Source: Clostridia bacterium
GTDB taxonomy: Bacteria; Bacillota; Clostridia; Christensenellales; CAG-138
Assembly (NCBI GenBank): GCA_003246365.1
Contig: QKAN01000066.1
Coordinates: 5,333-69,332, forward strand
Direction: 5' to 3'
Length of the DNA stretch: 64,000 nucleotides
Shown here: one piece after another, positions 53,881-63,120 of the stretch
How positions within the stretch are numbered: the first letter of the stretch is position 1
Layout: every line of letters starts with the position of its first letter
Program-made: the position numbers and the translations under genes
The notes under the pieces: model-generated
Told to the model about the DNA's origin: nothing
Database searches by the model: none
What the model saw: only the letters and a program-made list of their open reading frames with translations

Positions 53881-54582
53881 TCAGTGCTCCTCGATATATT
53901 GATCGAGCAGTTCGTGATACACGTCGATGCGCGTTTCCTGCGGATCGGTTTCTTCGCCGAGCACAAGATCCATCATGTGATGCGGCGTTTTGCCGCCGAT
54001 TGCCATGGACTTGATGCAGCTGACGCAATACACCGCCACATCCTGGCAGGGCATCTGCGCGGCGCGCTTCTTTTGAAAGGCGGTCACTTTCTCAATTGAG
54101 ACGTGCGGGTAAAAATTGTCTCCGCAGCAAACGGACTTCGTTCCGGAGAGCGGGCTTTCGATTACCTCAATGTGCATCTTGTCCAGGAGGCTTCGCACCG
54201 CGGCGTGCACCTGCGGCTTTTTGCGAAACGAGCAGGAGTCGTGCACCGAAAGCTGCAACCCGTCATAGGTTGGCAGCGGCAGCGCGGGGATGTTGTCCAG
54301 CACCTCCCAGATAGAAACGGTCTGGATGCCCTCGTAAAGAGAGCGGAACCTGCGGTCGCATCCTGCGCAGTTATTGATAATGGTGGAGCCCGCCGGGAGA
54401 TCCGGATCGTGACGGCAGCATGTTGTGTGCAGCTTGGTCGGCAAAAACCGGCGATTCAGCAGGTGAAGGATCTCCTCCACCGCCTCCGGCTTATACAGGC
54501 TCATCGCGCAGCCGGGATTGAAGTAACATTTGTCGGGGTCGATGTCTTCGAGTTGTATACTAGGTAGCCCAGGGTCGTCCAT
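53881..54582 (-). CDS. cysteine-rich (CCG-type) Fe-S oxidoreductase-like protein
   Basis: Blocks CYFNPGCAM, TTCCRHDP, NNCAGC, CCGDNFYP and VYCVSC resemble CCG domains of the HdrD, GlpC and LutA families. Start ambiguous: ATG at 54582 (GGAGGAA 12 nt upstream) or the track's TTG at 54612. Confidence 0.55.
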   Translation of the reverse strand: MDDPGLPSIQLEDIDPDKCYFNPGCAMSLYKPEAVEEILHLLNRRFLPTKLHTTCCRHDPDLPAGSTIINNCAGCDRRFRSLYEGIQTVSIWEVLDNIPALPLPTYDGLQLSVHDSCSFRKKPQVHAAVRSLLDKMHIEVIESPLSGTKSVCCGDNFYPHVSIEKVTAFQKKRAAQMPCQDVAVYCVSCIKSMAIGGKTPHHMMDLVLGEETDPQETRIDVYHELLDQYIEEH

Positions 54583-54616
54583 TGAGAACTGATTCCTCCA
54601 AATCTTGGTCAAAATG

Positions 54617-55180
54617 TTATCGGTAGAGCTTTATATCCCGTTCGGAAACGCCGTAGCGCGTCTTCAGGTGTTCATAGAGGTTTGCGCAGGCGAGCGCGTC
54701 GTCCAGCGCGTTGTGATGATGTTCCAGCGGAATGTCCAACCCCGCGCAAAGATCGTTTAGCTTGTGACTGCCGAACGCGGTTTTCGGTATATGTCTGCGG
54801 GATTTTTCCAGTGTGCAGAGATACCGCCAGTTTTCGGCTGTGATGTCTTCCCGCAACAATGCCTTGCGGATCACCGGCAAATCAAACAACGCGTTGTGCG
54901 CAACGAGCAGACATCCGGTAAAATACGGCTCGATCAGCGGCCAGATTTCGTTTAACCCCGGCTCGCGCTCTACATCGGCAGGCCGAATACCATGAATTGC
55001 AATGTTCGCCGCGTCGAAATCGTCGCACGGATTGACGAGATAATGCAGCCGAACCGGCGGCGCATCCCCCTGTATGCGAACGATGCCGATCGAGCAAATG
55101 GAACGCGAATAACGGTTGGGCGTTTCCACGTCAACAGCGGTAAAATCATCAAATTCATCCCGTTCAAACAAGCCCGGCAA
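54617..55180 (-). CDS. DnaQ-like (DEDDh) 3'-5' exonuclease
   Basis: 187 aa. ExoI AVDVETPN, ExoII LVAHNALFD, ExoIII HHNALDDALA. Uses a TTG start with GGAG 8 nt upstream (no in-frame ATG precedes ExoI). Confidence 0.8.
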   Translation of the reverse strand: MPGLFERDEFDDFTAVDVETPNRYSRSICSIGIVRIQGDAPPVRLHYLVNPCDDFDAANIAIHGIRPADVEREPGLNEIWPLIEPYFTGCLLVAHNALFDLPVIRKALLREDITAENWRYLCTLEKSRRHIPKTAFGSHKLNDLCAGLDIPLEHHHNALDDALACANLYEHLKTRYGVSERDIKLYR

Positions 55181-55361
55181 CGCTTTGCTCCGATCTGCCC
55201 AAGCTGGGCAAACGCATCATACGCGCTATTATATCACACCTAAACACGAATATTACGCCGATTTTACGGCAATTCTCCTGCGTTTCCAAACATCTATCCA
55301 CTTTACTTTCCACAAAAATCATGTTTTCTTACTATAAAAATCATGGTATAACTACGATAAG

Positions 55362-56000
55362 ATGAAACAAAATTCAATTTGCTATATCGTATGCGCCCTG
55401 CCGCAAAACAATCCGCCCAGTCCGTCGACCGGCGATTTGGTCATCGCCGCGGACGGCGGCTTTGCGCAGCTTGGCGGCGTAAAAGCCGATCTGGTCGTCG
55501 GAGATTTTGATTCGCTTGGATATGTACCGGACGGAATTGAAGTCGTGCGCCATCCCGTGCGCAAGGACGACACGGACACCATGCTCGCGGCTAAAGAAGG
55601 GCTCAAGCGCGGTTATCGCAAATTCGTTTTGCTCGGCGGTGTCGGCGGCAGGCTTGACCACACGATGGCAAACATACAGACGCTGGCTTTTCTGCATCGA
55701 AACGGCGCGCGCGCCGCGCTGATTGGCGAAGGCGAAACCATTACGATGATTCAAAACGAGTCTCTCCTCTTTCGAGCGGGTCTGAACGGAACGGTTTCTG
55801 TGTTCTCCTACGGTGCCGTCGCAAAGGGCGTTTACGAACGCGGCCTTTCGTTTGCGCTCACGGACGCAACTCTGACGGACGATAACCCGCTGGGCGTGAG
55901 CAACGAATTCACCGGTGCGGCGGCGGAGGTCTCCGTCCGCGAAGGCTGTCTGCTTGTGTTTTATGCCGGAACGCCGGAAGACAGCGATCTTTTTGACTGA
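55362..56000 (+). CDS. thiN: thiamine diphosphokinase
   Basis: 212 aa. VIAADGG and VVGDFDS motifs plus a C-terminal thiamine-binding domain pattern. Confidence 0.8.
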   Translation: MKQNSICYIVCALPQNNPPSPSTGDLVIAADGGFAQLGGVKADLVVGDFDSLGYVPDGIEVVRHPVRKDDTDTMLAAKEGLKRGYRKFVLLGGVGGRLDHTMANIQTLAFLHRNGARAALIGEGETITMIQNESLLFRAGLNGTVSVFSYGAVAKGVYERGLSFALTDATLTDDNPLGVSNEFTGAAAEVSVREGCLLVFYAGTPEDSDLFD

Positions 56001-56100
56001 CTGTTCAGATTTGAGGAAAAATTGACGCAGTACTGGTAAATTATTTCTTACACGCTGGTTTTTGCGTGCGTTTTGTTTATTCAGAAATCAGGGGGACCGT

Positions 56101-56778
56101 ATGTTTCATATTCTCGTCGTCGAGGACGACCGGGCGCTCAGGGAACTCTTCTGCACGGTGCTGTCAAAAAACGGCTTCGTCTATTACGAGGCGCGGGATG
56201 GTGCCGACGCCTGGGACGTGCTGGAAAAACAATATATCGACCTTGTGGTCACGGACATCATGATGCCGAATATGGACGGGTTTGAGTTTGTGCGGAGTTT
56301 GCGGGCAAACTCGCTCAATATGCCGGTGCTCATGATCACGGCAAAAGACACTTTTGAAGATATGCAGAGCGGTTTTCTTTCGGGAACGGACGATTACATG
56401 GTCAAGCCCGTCAATGTAAACGAAATGATTCTGCGCATCAACGCGCTGTTGAAACGCGCGCAGATCGTAAACGAAAAGATGATTCGATTCGAAAACGCGG
56501 AACTGCGCTATGACGACCTGACCGTCAGCATCGACTCGGAACGGAGCGTGCTGCCGCAAAAAGAGTTTTACATTCTCTACAAACTGCTCTCCAACCCCAA
56601 CCGGGTGTTCACCAAACAGCAGATTATGGACGAAATCTGGGGGATGGATACCGAAAGCGATCCGCACACATTGGATGTGCATATCAGCCGCCTGCGGGAG
56701 CGTTTCAAGGAACACGCGCAGTTTGAAATCGTAACCATCCGCGGGCTCGGCTATAAGGCGGTAAAGAAAAATGCCTAA
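56101..56778 (+). CDS. OmpR-family response regulator
   Basis: Start at ATG 56101. HILVVEDD, phospho-acceptor LVVTDIMMP, and a C-terminal winged helix (VHISRLRERF ... TIRGLGYK). Confidence 0.9.
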   Translation: MFHILVVEDDRALRELFCTVLSKNGFVYYEARDGADAWDVLEKQYIDLVVTDIMMPNMDGFEFVRSLRANSLNMPVLMITAKDTFEDMQSGFLSGTDDYMVKPVNVNEMILRINALLKRAQIVNEKMIRFENAELRYDDLTVSIDSERSVLPQKEFYILYKLLSNPNRVFTKQQIMDEIWGMDTESDPHTLDVHISRLRERFKEHAQFEIVTIRGLGYKAVKKNA

Positions 56779-57832
56779 AATGACGGTACCAAAAGTCCGT
56801 CCCCGTGCGGCGCAAATTTTCGCCGTCATCATCGCCGCTATCATCTCCACATCGATGGTGCTTACGTATGGCATCATCTTTATCCTGCTCAAATTTCAAA
56901 TCGGGACGATTACGGCAATTGTCACGTCATCCACCTATATGGGAATCTTTTCCACGATTCTCGGCATCGGCATCGCCGCCTATACGTCCACAAAAATGCT
57001 TTCTCCGATTGTAAAGATCAACGACGCCGCGAAAAAAGTTGCTCACGGCGATTTTTCCGTTCGTCTGGAAGAAAAAAGCATCGCAATGGAGATCGAAGAA
57101 ATCGCCAAAAGCTTCAACATCATGGTACGCGAGCTTTCCAACATCGAAACGCTGCGAAGCGACTTTGTCAGCAACGTTTCTCATGAGTTCAAGACGCCGC
57201 TCTCCGCAATTGAAGGGTATGCCACGCTGCTGCAGGACGAGCGGCTGAGCAAGGAAGAACAGGCGCTTTATATTTCCCGCATTCTCGAAAACACAAGCCG
57301 CTTAAGCAAGCTCACGCAGAGCATCCTCTCCCTTTCGCAGCTGGAAAACCAGGAAATCCTGCTTCAGCAGGAAAGCTATATGCTGGACGAGCAAATCCGC
57401 CGCGTCCTCCTGAGTTACGAACCGCTCTGGGAAGAAAAAGAGCTCAATATCGACCTGAATTTGGAGACGACCCAATATTTCGGAAACAAATCGCTGCTTG
57501 CGCAGGTTTGGAGCAATCTGATTGACAACGCGATCAAGTTTTCGCGAACCGGCGGCACACTCTCCATCAGCTGCCACGCAATCGAGGGCAAAGTTGTTGT
57601 TCGCATTGCGGACAACGGAATCGGCATGTCTGAGGAGGTTCGGCGGCGCGCCTTCGATAAGTTTTATCAAGGAGAACGATCGCATACCACGCAAGGCAGC
57701 GGTCTTGGTCTCGCGCTCGTTCGCCGGATCATTACGCTCTGCGGCGGCACGGTCGGCATCCGCAGCCGGGAAGGAAAAGGAACCGAGATTACGGTGTCTC
57801 TCGTCATTGTGCCGCCAAAGGCGGAAAGCTGA
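56771..57832 (+). CDS. sensor histidine kinase (2 TM, HAMP, HisKA, HATPase)
   Basis: H-box SHEFKTPLSAIEGYA, N-box LIDNAIKFS, G-boxes DNGIGM and GSGLGLALV. 8-nt overlap with the regulator gene. Confidence 0.9.
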   Translation: MPKMTVPKVRPRAAQIFAVIIAAIISTSMVLTYGIIFILLKFQIGTITAIVTSSTYMGIFSTILGIGIAAYTSTKMLSPIVKINDAAKKVAHGDFSVRLEEKSIAMEIEEIAKSFNIMVRELSNIETLRSDFVSNVSHEFKTPLSAIEGYATLLQDERLSKEEQALYISRILENTSRLSKLTQSILSLSQLENQEILLQQESYMLDEQIRRVLLSYEPLWEEKELNIDLNLETTQYFGNKSLLAQVWSNLIDNAIKFSRTGGTLSISCHAIEGKVVVRIADNGIGMSEEVRRRAFDKFYQGERSHTTQGSGLGLALVRRIITLCGGTVGIRSREGKGTEITVSLVIVPPKAES

Positions 57833-57850
57833 AAATAACTGCAATTGTTC

Positions 57851-57880
57851 AACCGGCTTTTGCGCCGGTTTTTCTTTTTA
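57851..57880 (+). terminator. rho-independent terminator
   Basis: AACCGGC-ttttgc-GCCGGTT followed by TTTCTTTTT. Confidence 0.75.
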
Positions 57881-58079
57881 TGAAAAGCAAGAAATATATA
57901 AAACCGGTGTTTGTTTATGATACATTTATTCTGTTTTTGTCTATTATTTCCCGAAAAAGCAACAGGAAGACTTGCTCGAGTTGAATATTTGTTGAACTTC
58001 CATTGAACTTTGCTTGAATCTTCTCTGATACTCTAAAATCCACTGTTTTTCCCAATTCAATCGATATAAATGGAGATCA

Positions 58080-58910
58080 ATGATGGAATATACACTCGTT
58101 GCCGATAGCTGCTGCGACCTTACAGACGAAATGAGAAAAGATTGGAACGTGAAAAGCGTTCCGCTGACACTCACGCTTGCTGACGAATCCTATCAGGATG
58201 ATGAAAATCTGGATCTGCCGGATTTCATGGCGCGCATGCACGCCTGCAAAGGCCGCGTCGGTTCCGCCGCGCCCGCGCCGGGGCTGTTTGCGGAAGCATT
58301 CGGCACAGGCGACGCGTTTGCCGTAACGCTTTCCTCCAGCCTTTCCGGTTCCTATGCCAGCGCAATGGCGGGCAAAGCCATGGCGGAAGAAGCGGGCGCA
58401 AAGGTGCATGTGTTTGACTCCCGCAGTGCGGCGGCAGCCGAAGTACTGATCGTGATGAAAATCCGCAAGCTCATCCGTGAAGGTCTGCAAAAGTCCGAGA
58501 TCATTCAAAAGGTTGAGCATTTTATCAAAGAAATGCGTACATTTTTTGTGCTCGACAACATCGATAATCTGCTGAAAAACGGCAGGCTCAACCGCATTAC
58601 TGCAACCATCATCTCCACGCTCCATATCCGTCCCATCATGGGCGCGGACGGAGACGGAAACATTTCCCTGTTCTCCCATGTACAGGGTTGGAAACAGGTT
58701 GTGCGCAAGCTCGCGGACACCATTGAGGCGGATGGACGCGCAACGGAAGGCCAAAGCCTCGTGATTACGCACTGCAACAACCCCACCCTCGCGGAAGAAC
58801 TCAAAAGCGAGATCGAGCGGCGGTATCATTTTTCCGAAATCCTCGTGCTGCCCACACGCGGTTTAAGCTCTCTGTACGCCAATGAAAAAGGCGTCATCAT
58901 GTCGTTCTAA
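58080..58910 (+). CDS. DegV-family fatty-acid-binding protein
   Basis: 276 aa with a GGAG RBS. N-terminal VADSCCDL and SSSLSGSY blocks typical of DegV. Confidence 0.85.
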   Translation: MMEYTLVADSCCDLTDEMRKDWNVKSVPLTLTLADESYQDDENLDLPDFMARMHACKGRVGSAAPAPGLFAEAFGTGDAFAVTLSSSLSGSYASAMAGKAMAEEAGAKVHVFDSRSAAAAEVLIVMKIRKLIREGLQKSEIIQKVEHFIKEMRTFFVLDNIDNLLKNGRLNRITATIISTLHIRPIMGADGDGNISLFSHVQGWKQVVRKLADTIEADGRATEGQSLVITHCNNPTLAEELKSEIERRYHFSEILVLPTRGLSSLYANEKGVIMSF

Positions 58911-58945
58911 TCGATTCGAATATAAATAACATTCGGGAGGAAATC

Positions 58946-59839
58946 ATGCAACCATACGTTCTGACCTGCTGCTCCACCGCCGATTTGCCGAAAGAATATT
59001 TCGACGGGCGGAAAATACCCTACGTCTGCTTTCATTTCACCATCGACGGTGTAGAGTATTCGGACGACCTTGGCCAGAGTATGCCGTTTGAAGAATTTTA
59101 CGCGCGAATTGAAGCGGGCGCCATGCCCACAACGTCGCTCGTCAACACGGAACAGTTCCTCGCGTTTTTTGACCCCATTTTAAAAGCGGGAAACGATATT
59201 CTGCATCTTTCCTTCTCCTCCGGTCTCTCCGGCACGTATGCCAGCGCGATTCTCGCGCGGGATGAATTGCGGGAGCGCTATCCGGACCGCAAGATCATCG
59301 TTGTGGACTCGCTCGGCGCATCGTCCGGTTATGGTCTCATGGTGGATACCCTCGCGGACATGCGGGACGCGGGCACATCGCTCGAAGATGCGGCAGCGTG
59401 GATTGAAGAACACAAGCTCAATATGCATCATTGGTTTTTCTCGACAGACCTGACGCACTATAAACGCGGCGGACGCATTTCGCCGACGGCGTTTGTGATC
59501 GGTTCGCTTCTCAATATCTATCCGCTCATGAATATGGACGACGGCGGTCATCTCACCCCGCGTTTCAAGATCAACGGCAAGAAACGCGTTATGCGCGAAA
59601 TTGTCAAGCAGATGGAACAGCACGCGGACGGCAAACTGGAATACAGCAAAAAGTGCTTCATCTCCAATTCAGCCTGTATGGACGACGCAAAGACGGTTGC
59701 CGCGCTTGTGGAGTCCACCTTCCCGCATCTAAACGGCAAGGTAATGATCAACAGCGTCGGCACGGTCGTCGGTTCCCATACCGGCCCCGGCACAGTTGCG
59801 CTCTTTTTCTGGGGCGATTCCCGCAAGAAAGCAGAATAA
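58946..59839 (+). CDS. DegV-family fatty-acid-binding protein (second paralogue)
   Basis: 297 aa with a GGGAGG RBS. FSSGLSGTY block and THYKRGGRIS. Confidence 0.85.
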   Translation: MQPYVLTCCSTADLPKEYFDGRKIPYVCFHFTIDGVEYSDDLGQSMPFEEFYARIEAGAMPTTSLVNTEQFLAFFDPILKAGNDILHLSFSSGLSGTYASAILARDELRERYPDRKIIVVDSLGASSGYGLMVDTLADMRDAGTSLEDAAAWIEEHKLNMHHWFFSTDLTHYKRGGRISPTAFVIGSLLNIYPLMNMDDGGHLTPRFKINGKKRVMREIVKQMEQHADGKLEYSKKCFISNSACMDDAKTVAALVESTFPHLNGKVMINSVGTVVGSHTGPGTVALFFWGDSRKKAE

Positions 59840-59862
59840 TTCCATCTTTTGAACAACACATC

Positions 59863-59896
59863 ATATCCCCGTTTGAAAAGCGGGGATATTTTTTTG
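59863..59896 (+). terminator. rho-independent terminator
   Basis: ATATCCCCG-tttgaaaag-CGGGGATAT followed by TTTTTTT. Confidence 0.8.
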
Positions 59897-59906
59897 CACA
59901 AAATGC

Positions 59907-59960
59907 TTGACAAGTTCCTTATTGTTCCCTATTATTCCTATATAAGGAATTATTTGGAAC
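59907..59960 (+). promoter_or_regulatory. promoter overlapped by 10-bp-phased GTTCC / GGAAC repeats (candidate operator array)
   Basis: TTGACA (59907..59912), a 17-nt spacer, TATTAT (59930..59935). GTTCC at 59914 and 59924, ATTCC at 59934, then inverted GGAAT at 59946 and GGAAC at 59956. Confidence 0.55.
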
Positions 59961-60007
59961 TATTTCTGCTGTGTTTTCCGTAATTAGGTAATGATAAGGA
60001 GCAACTT

Positions 60008-60433
60008 ATGCAAGAAAAATACTTTTCCGTCGAGCAGATATCCGAACTGCTCCACATCCATCCCAAAACAATTCAGCGTTATATCCGCGAGGGAAAGCTC
60101 CGCGCTGTCAAAGTAGGCAAAGCTTGGCGCGTCAGCGGGCACGACCTGAGTGTGTTTACCGAAAGCGCGCCGCAATCCGAGGGAGAAACACCTGTCGCGG
60201 TCGTATCGTGTGTTGCGGATATTTACGCCGCAAACAAGGACAGCGCCATCCGCATCGCAAACACGCTCACCGCCGTGCTCAACAGCAAACCCGCGGAATA
60301 CGGACACACCAGCATGCAGACACAATATATCGCCGAAGAGCAAAAGATTCGAATCACCCTTTACGGCGGCGCACGCTTCATGGCGATCATGTTGGATTCT
60401 ATTGCCATGCTAACGGAAGATAGTGAAGAATAA
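60008..60433 (+). CDS. excisionase/MerR-type HTH DNA-binding protein with a roughly 85-aa C-terminal domain
   Basis: 141 aa with an AAGGAG RBS. YFSVEQISELLHIHPKTIQRYIREGKLRAVKVGKAWRV is a classic HTH_17/excisionase-type motif. Confidence 0.7.
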   Translation: MQEKYFSVEQISELLHIHPKTIQRYIREGKLRAVKVGKAWRVSGHDLSVFTESAPQSEGETPVAVVSCVADIYAANKDSAIRIANTLTAVLNSKPAEYGHTSMQTQYIAEEQKIRITLYGGARFMAIMLDSIAMLTEDSEE

Positions 60434-60499
60434 CCATCATATTAATAAAATCAAACTCGTTTTGATTGGCGAAACATTACAAGCGATTGGAGAACGATC

Positions 60500-61333
60500 A
60501 TGAAAGAAAGCGTTTATGTCAGCGAAGAGAAAAAGCAGAAGTTTCGCGCCGTATATAACCAATTTTTAAGCGCCATGCCGTTTGCACAGCGAACGGTTGA
60601 TACGCCATTTGGCGAAACATTCTTTTTAGAAGCCGGAGATGCGGCAAATCCCGCGGTCATACTGCTGCACGGCAGCTGCTCCAACAGCGCGTTCTGGTTT
60701 GGGGACATTCTAGCGCTGATGGGCAGATACCACGTGCTCGCCGTGGATATTCCCGGCGAAGCGGGCAACAGCGCCGAGTATCGGCTTGACCTAAACAATT
60801 CCGACTATGCCGAATGGCTCGCATCCCTGTTGGATGCGCTCGAACTGCCGCGCGCAAGCATTGCGGGCAATTCCCTCGGCGGCTGGATGGCACTGAAGTT
60901 TGCGACCGCATACCCTGATCGCGTGGAAAAGCTGATGCTGTTTGCCAGCGGCGGCCTTGCGGACGTAACCCTCGAGTTCCTCGAAAAAGCGCGCGCCGCG
61001 GAGGAAACCGGAGACACGTTGACCTTCAGCGAAGATGTTTCCGGCGGAGCGCAGATTCCCAAGGAAATTCTCGATTTCCTGAATCTGATTTTGGAAAGCT
61101 ATCATCCGATCCACGTGCCCTTGCCGGTGTTTTCGGACGAAGAGCTAATGCGCCTCACCATACCGGTTCTGTACGTTGCCGGGTTGGCCGACGATCTGCT
61201 GGACTCCAAGGCGGGCGAAGCTGCCGTTCGCGCAAGCATTCCGCATGCGCAAATTCATATGCTGCCGGGCGTTGGTCATATGATCACCACGCCATACGAG
61301 TGGATGATACCGTTTCTTGCGCAGCAGACTTGA
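60500..61333 (+). CDS. alpha/beta-fold hydrolase
   Basis: 277 aa. Oxyanion block VILLHGS, nucleophile elbow GNSLGG, C-terminal GHM histidine. Confidence 0.8.
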   Translation: MKESVYVSEEKKQKFRAVYNQFLSAMPFAQRTVDTPFGETFFLEAGDAANPAVILLHGSCSNSAFWFGDILALMGRYHVLAVDIPGEAGNSAEYRLDLNNSDYAEWLASLLDALELPRASIAGNSLGGWMALKFATAYPDRVEKLMLFASGGLADVTLEFLEKARAAEETGDTLTFSEDVSGGAQIPKEILDFLNLILESYHPIHVPLPVFSDEELMRLTIPVLYVAGLADDLLDSKAGEAAVRASIPHAQIHMLPGVGHMITTPYEWMIPFLAQQT

Positions 61334-61605
61334 TTCACGAGCAGCAGGCAACGGCGGAAAAGCTGCATCCGAACCCCGTTGCAAACGGGCGGCTCAACAA
61401 CGCACATCTGCGCCGCTTCAACACATGCGCTTTAAATATAGAGATATATTTGTAGGTTTTGCATTGATCTGTTACACTGTAACCGTCGTTCAAGGGTCAG
61501 CTTGCATGGCAGAAAGTTAGCTGAACCGGATGCGTACAGAGTCCAGTGGCAAAGACCAAATGGTTTACTGCGCCGGAAGAAGACAGGAGCAAAAGCGAAA
61601 ATCGC

Positions 61606-62046
61606 ATGAAACATAAATTAAACGTACATAAAAACACACTGATTTTGATTGCCGGCATCGTATGGGCAATTGCCGGTTTCAACATCATCCGGATCGGGTT
61701 GATTGCCTATCGCGGCAATTTGACCTGGTGGCACGGGTTGCTTTCCGCGGCCGTGTTCGGTGCCTTCCAATTGTTTGTCTTTGGAAAAATGGTTCAAAAA
61801 CATATCGATCGCATTCTGCAATATGAAGACGAGCGGCAGAACTTCTTTCGATTCTTCGATACGCGCGCTTATATCATCATGGCGTTTATGATGACGCTGG
61901 GCATCGGGCTTCGGGTATCCGGCGTCGTGCCGAATGTCTTTATCGCGGTGTTTTATACCGGATTGGGCGCATCGCTCCTGTTAGCAGGGGTGCTGTTTAT
62001 CGCAAACTATATCCGCGTGATCAGGCAGAGCAAAAAAAGCGCATAA
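61606..62046 (+). CDS. hypothetical 4-TM membrane protein
   Basis: The track start is a GTG at 61546 without an RBS. The ATG at 61606 (MKHKLNV) lies just before the first TM helix. Start remains uncertain. Confidence 0.45.
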   Translation: MKHKLNVHKNTLILIAGIVWAIAGFNIIRIGLIAYRGNLTWWHGLLSAAVFGAFQLFVFGKMVQKHIDRILQYEDERQNFFRFFDTRAYIIMAFMMTLGIGLRVSGVVPNVFIAVFYTGLGASLLLAGVLFIANYIRVIRQSKKSA

Positions 62047-62141
62047 CCGCCTATGCAATTGCGCGCAGGCTAACCCAATATAGCCGGATGAGACGGGTTA
62101 ACGGTTCATTCGTAATAGTACCAACACATTTTATATTTCTC

Positions 62142-62167
62142 GCGCGCCAAACGGCGCGCTTTTTTTG
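62142..62167 (+). terminator. rho-independent terminator
   Basis: GCGCGCC-aaac-GGCGCGC followed by TTTTTTT. Confidence 0.8.
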
Positions 62168-62280
62168 CGTCAAATATTCCGGAAAAAATCTTTAACAAAC
62201 GCTCAAGAACCCATCACGAATTCATCACATATTCGTTTTATCATGAAAGCATACCAAGCGAACACAGGAGGTTCAACATT

Positions 62281-63000
62281 ATGAAACGCAAAATAACGAT
62301 CGCCGTTGTTGCGATCCTCACATTCTCTCTTATTCTGACTGGCTGCGGTGTCGTCAACCCCACCGCAAGCGCCGCAACCGAAACGGACGTTAACTACGCT
62401 TATGCCGGTAACGGTAACGGTTATACCACATCTGCAGAAGCCGTGGAAGTCGGCGCAGGTTACCGCGGCGGCAACGAAAACGCAGGCACCGGTTACAGCG
62501 ACGACTGCGACCCCGTTTACGACGACAACACCCCCGACCCGGACTACACGCTCACAGCAGCAGACCAGACGCTCTCCCTCGCCGGTTACGGTTCGGAAGG
62601 CGCGCTGGACGACACCAGCCTGACTCTGGCGGACATGCTCACCTATGCGATTCAGGACGAATATCTCGCATATGCGGAATATGACCGCATCCTCAGCGAA
62701 AACGGCAGCATCCGCCCGTTCACCAACATCATCCGCGCAGAGGCCACACACATCGACGCGCTTCTGCCCCTGTTTGAAACGTACGGCATCGCCGCCCCCG
62801 CAGACGAAGGCGCAAGCCACGCCGTCAGCGTAGCCACCCTGACAGAAGCTTATCAGGCGGGCGTCAACGCGGAAGTGAACAACATCGCGATGTACGAAAC
62901 CTTCCTCGATCAGGATCTGCCGTCGGATGTGCGCATCGTATTCGAAAGCCTGATGCATGCCTCTGAAAACCATCTGCGCGCATTCCAGAATCAGCTGTAA
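62281..63000 (+). CDS. ferritin-like DUF2202-type lipoprotein
   Basis: 239 aa with an AGGAGG RBS and lipobox LILTGC. DEYLAYAEYDRIL ... IRAEATHIDAL and ESLMHASENHLRAF resemble the two ferritin-like helix pairs of DUF2202. Confidence 0.6.
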   Translation: MKRKITIAVVAILTFSLILTGCGVVNPTASAATETDVNYAYAGNGNGYTTSAEAVEVGAGYRGGNENAGTGYSDDCDPVYDDNTPDPDYTLTAADQTLSLAGYGSEGALDDTSLTLADMLTYAIQDEYLAYAEYDRILSENGSIRPFTNIIRAEATHIDALLPLFETYGIAAPADEGASHAVSVATLTEAYQAGVNAEVNNIAMYETFLDQDLPSDVRIVFESLMHASENHLRAFQNQL

Positions 63001-63120
63001 TCCGCAGAGAGATTTAAAACACCAAAATACGAATTCCCCTAAACAAACATAAAAAATAGCGAATCGGCTGTTGAACAAAGCAGCCGGTTCGCAAACAAAA
63101 AATAACTGGAGGTAACGAAT

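Noticed and set aside
61334-61605. Possible riboswitch or structured leader in the ~270-nt region upstream of the 4-TM membrane protein. It contains CAGTGGC (reverse complement of the cobalamin B12-box core GCCACTG) and several short stems.
   Set aside because: I could not align the region to any riboswitch consensus I know (cobalamin, TPP, c-di-GMP-I/II, fluoride, guanidine, Mn). The B12-box-like string is on the wrong strand for either flanking gene. A covariance-model scan (Rfam/Infernal) would settle it.
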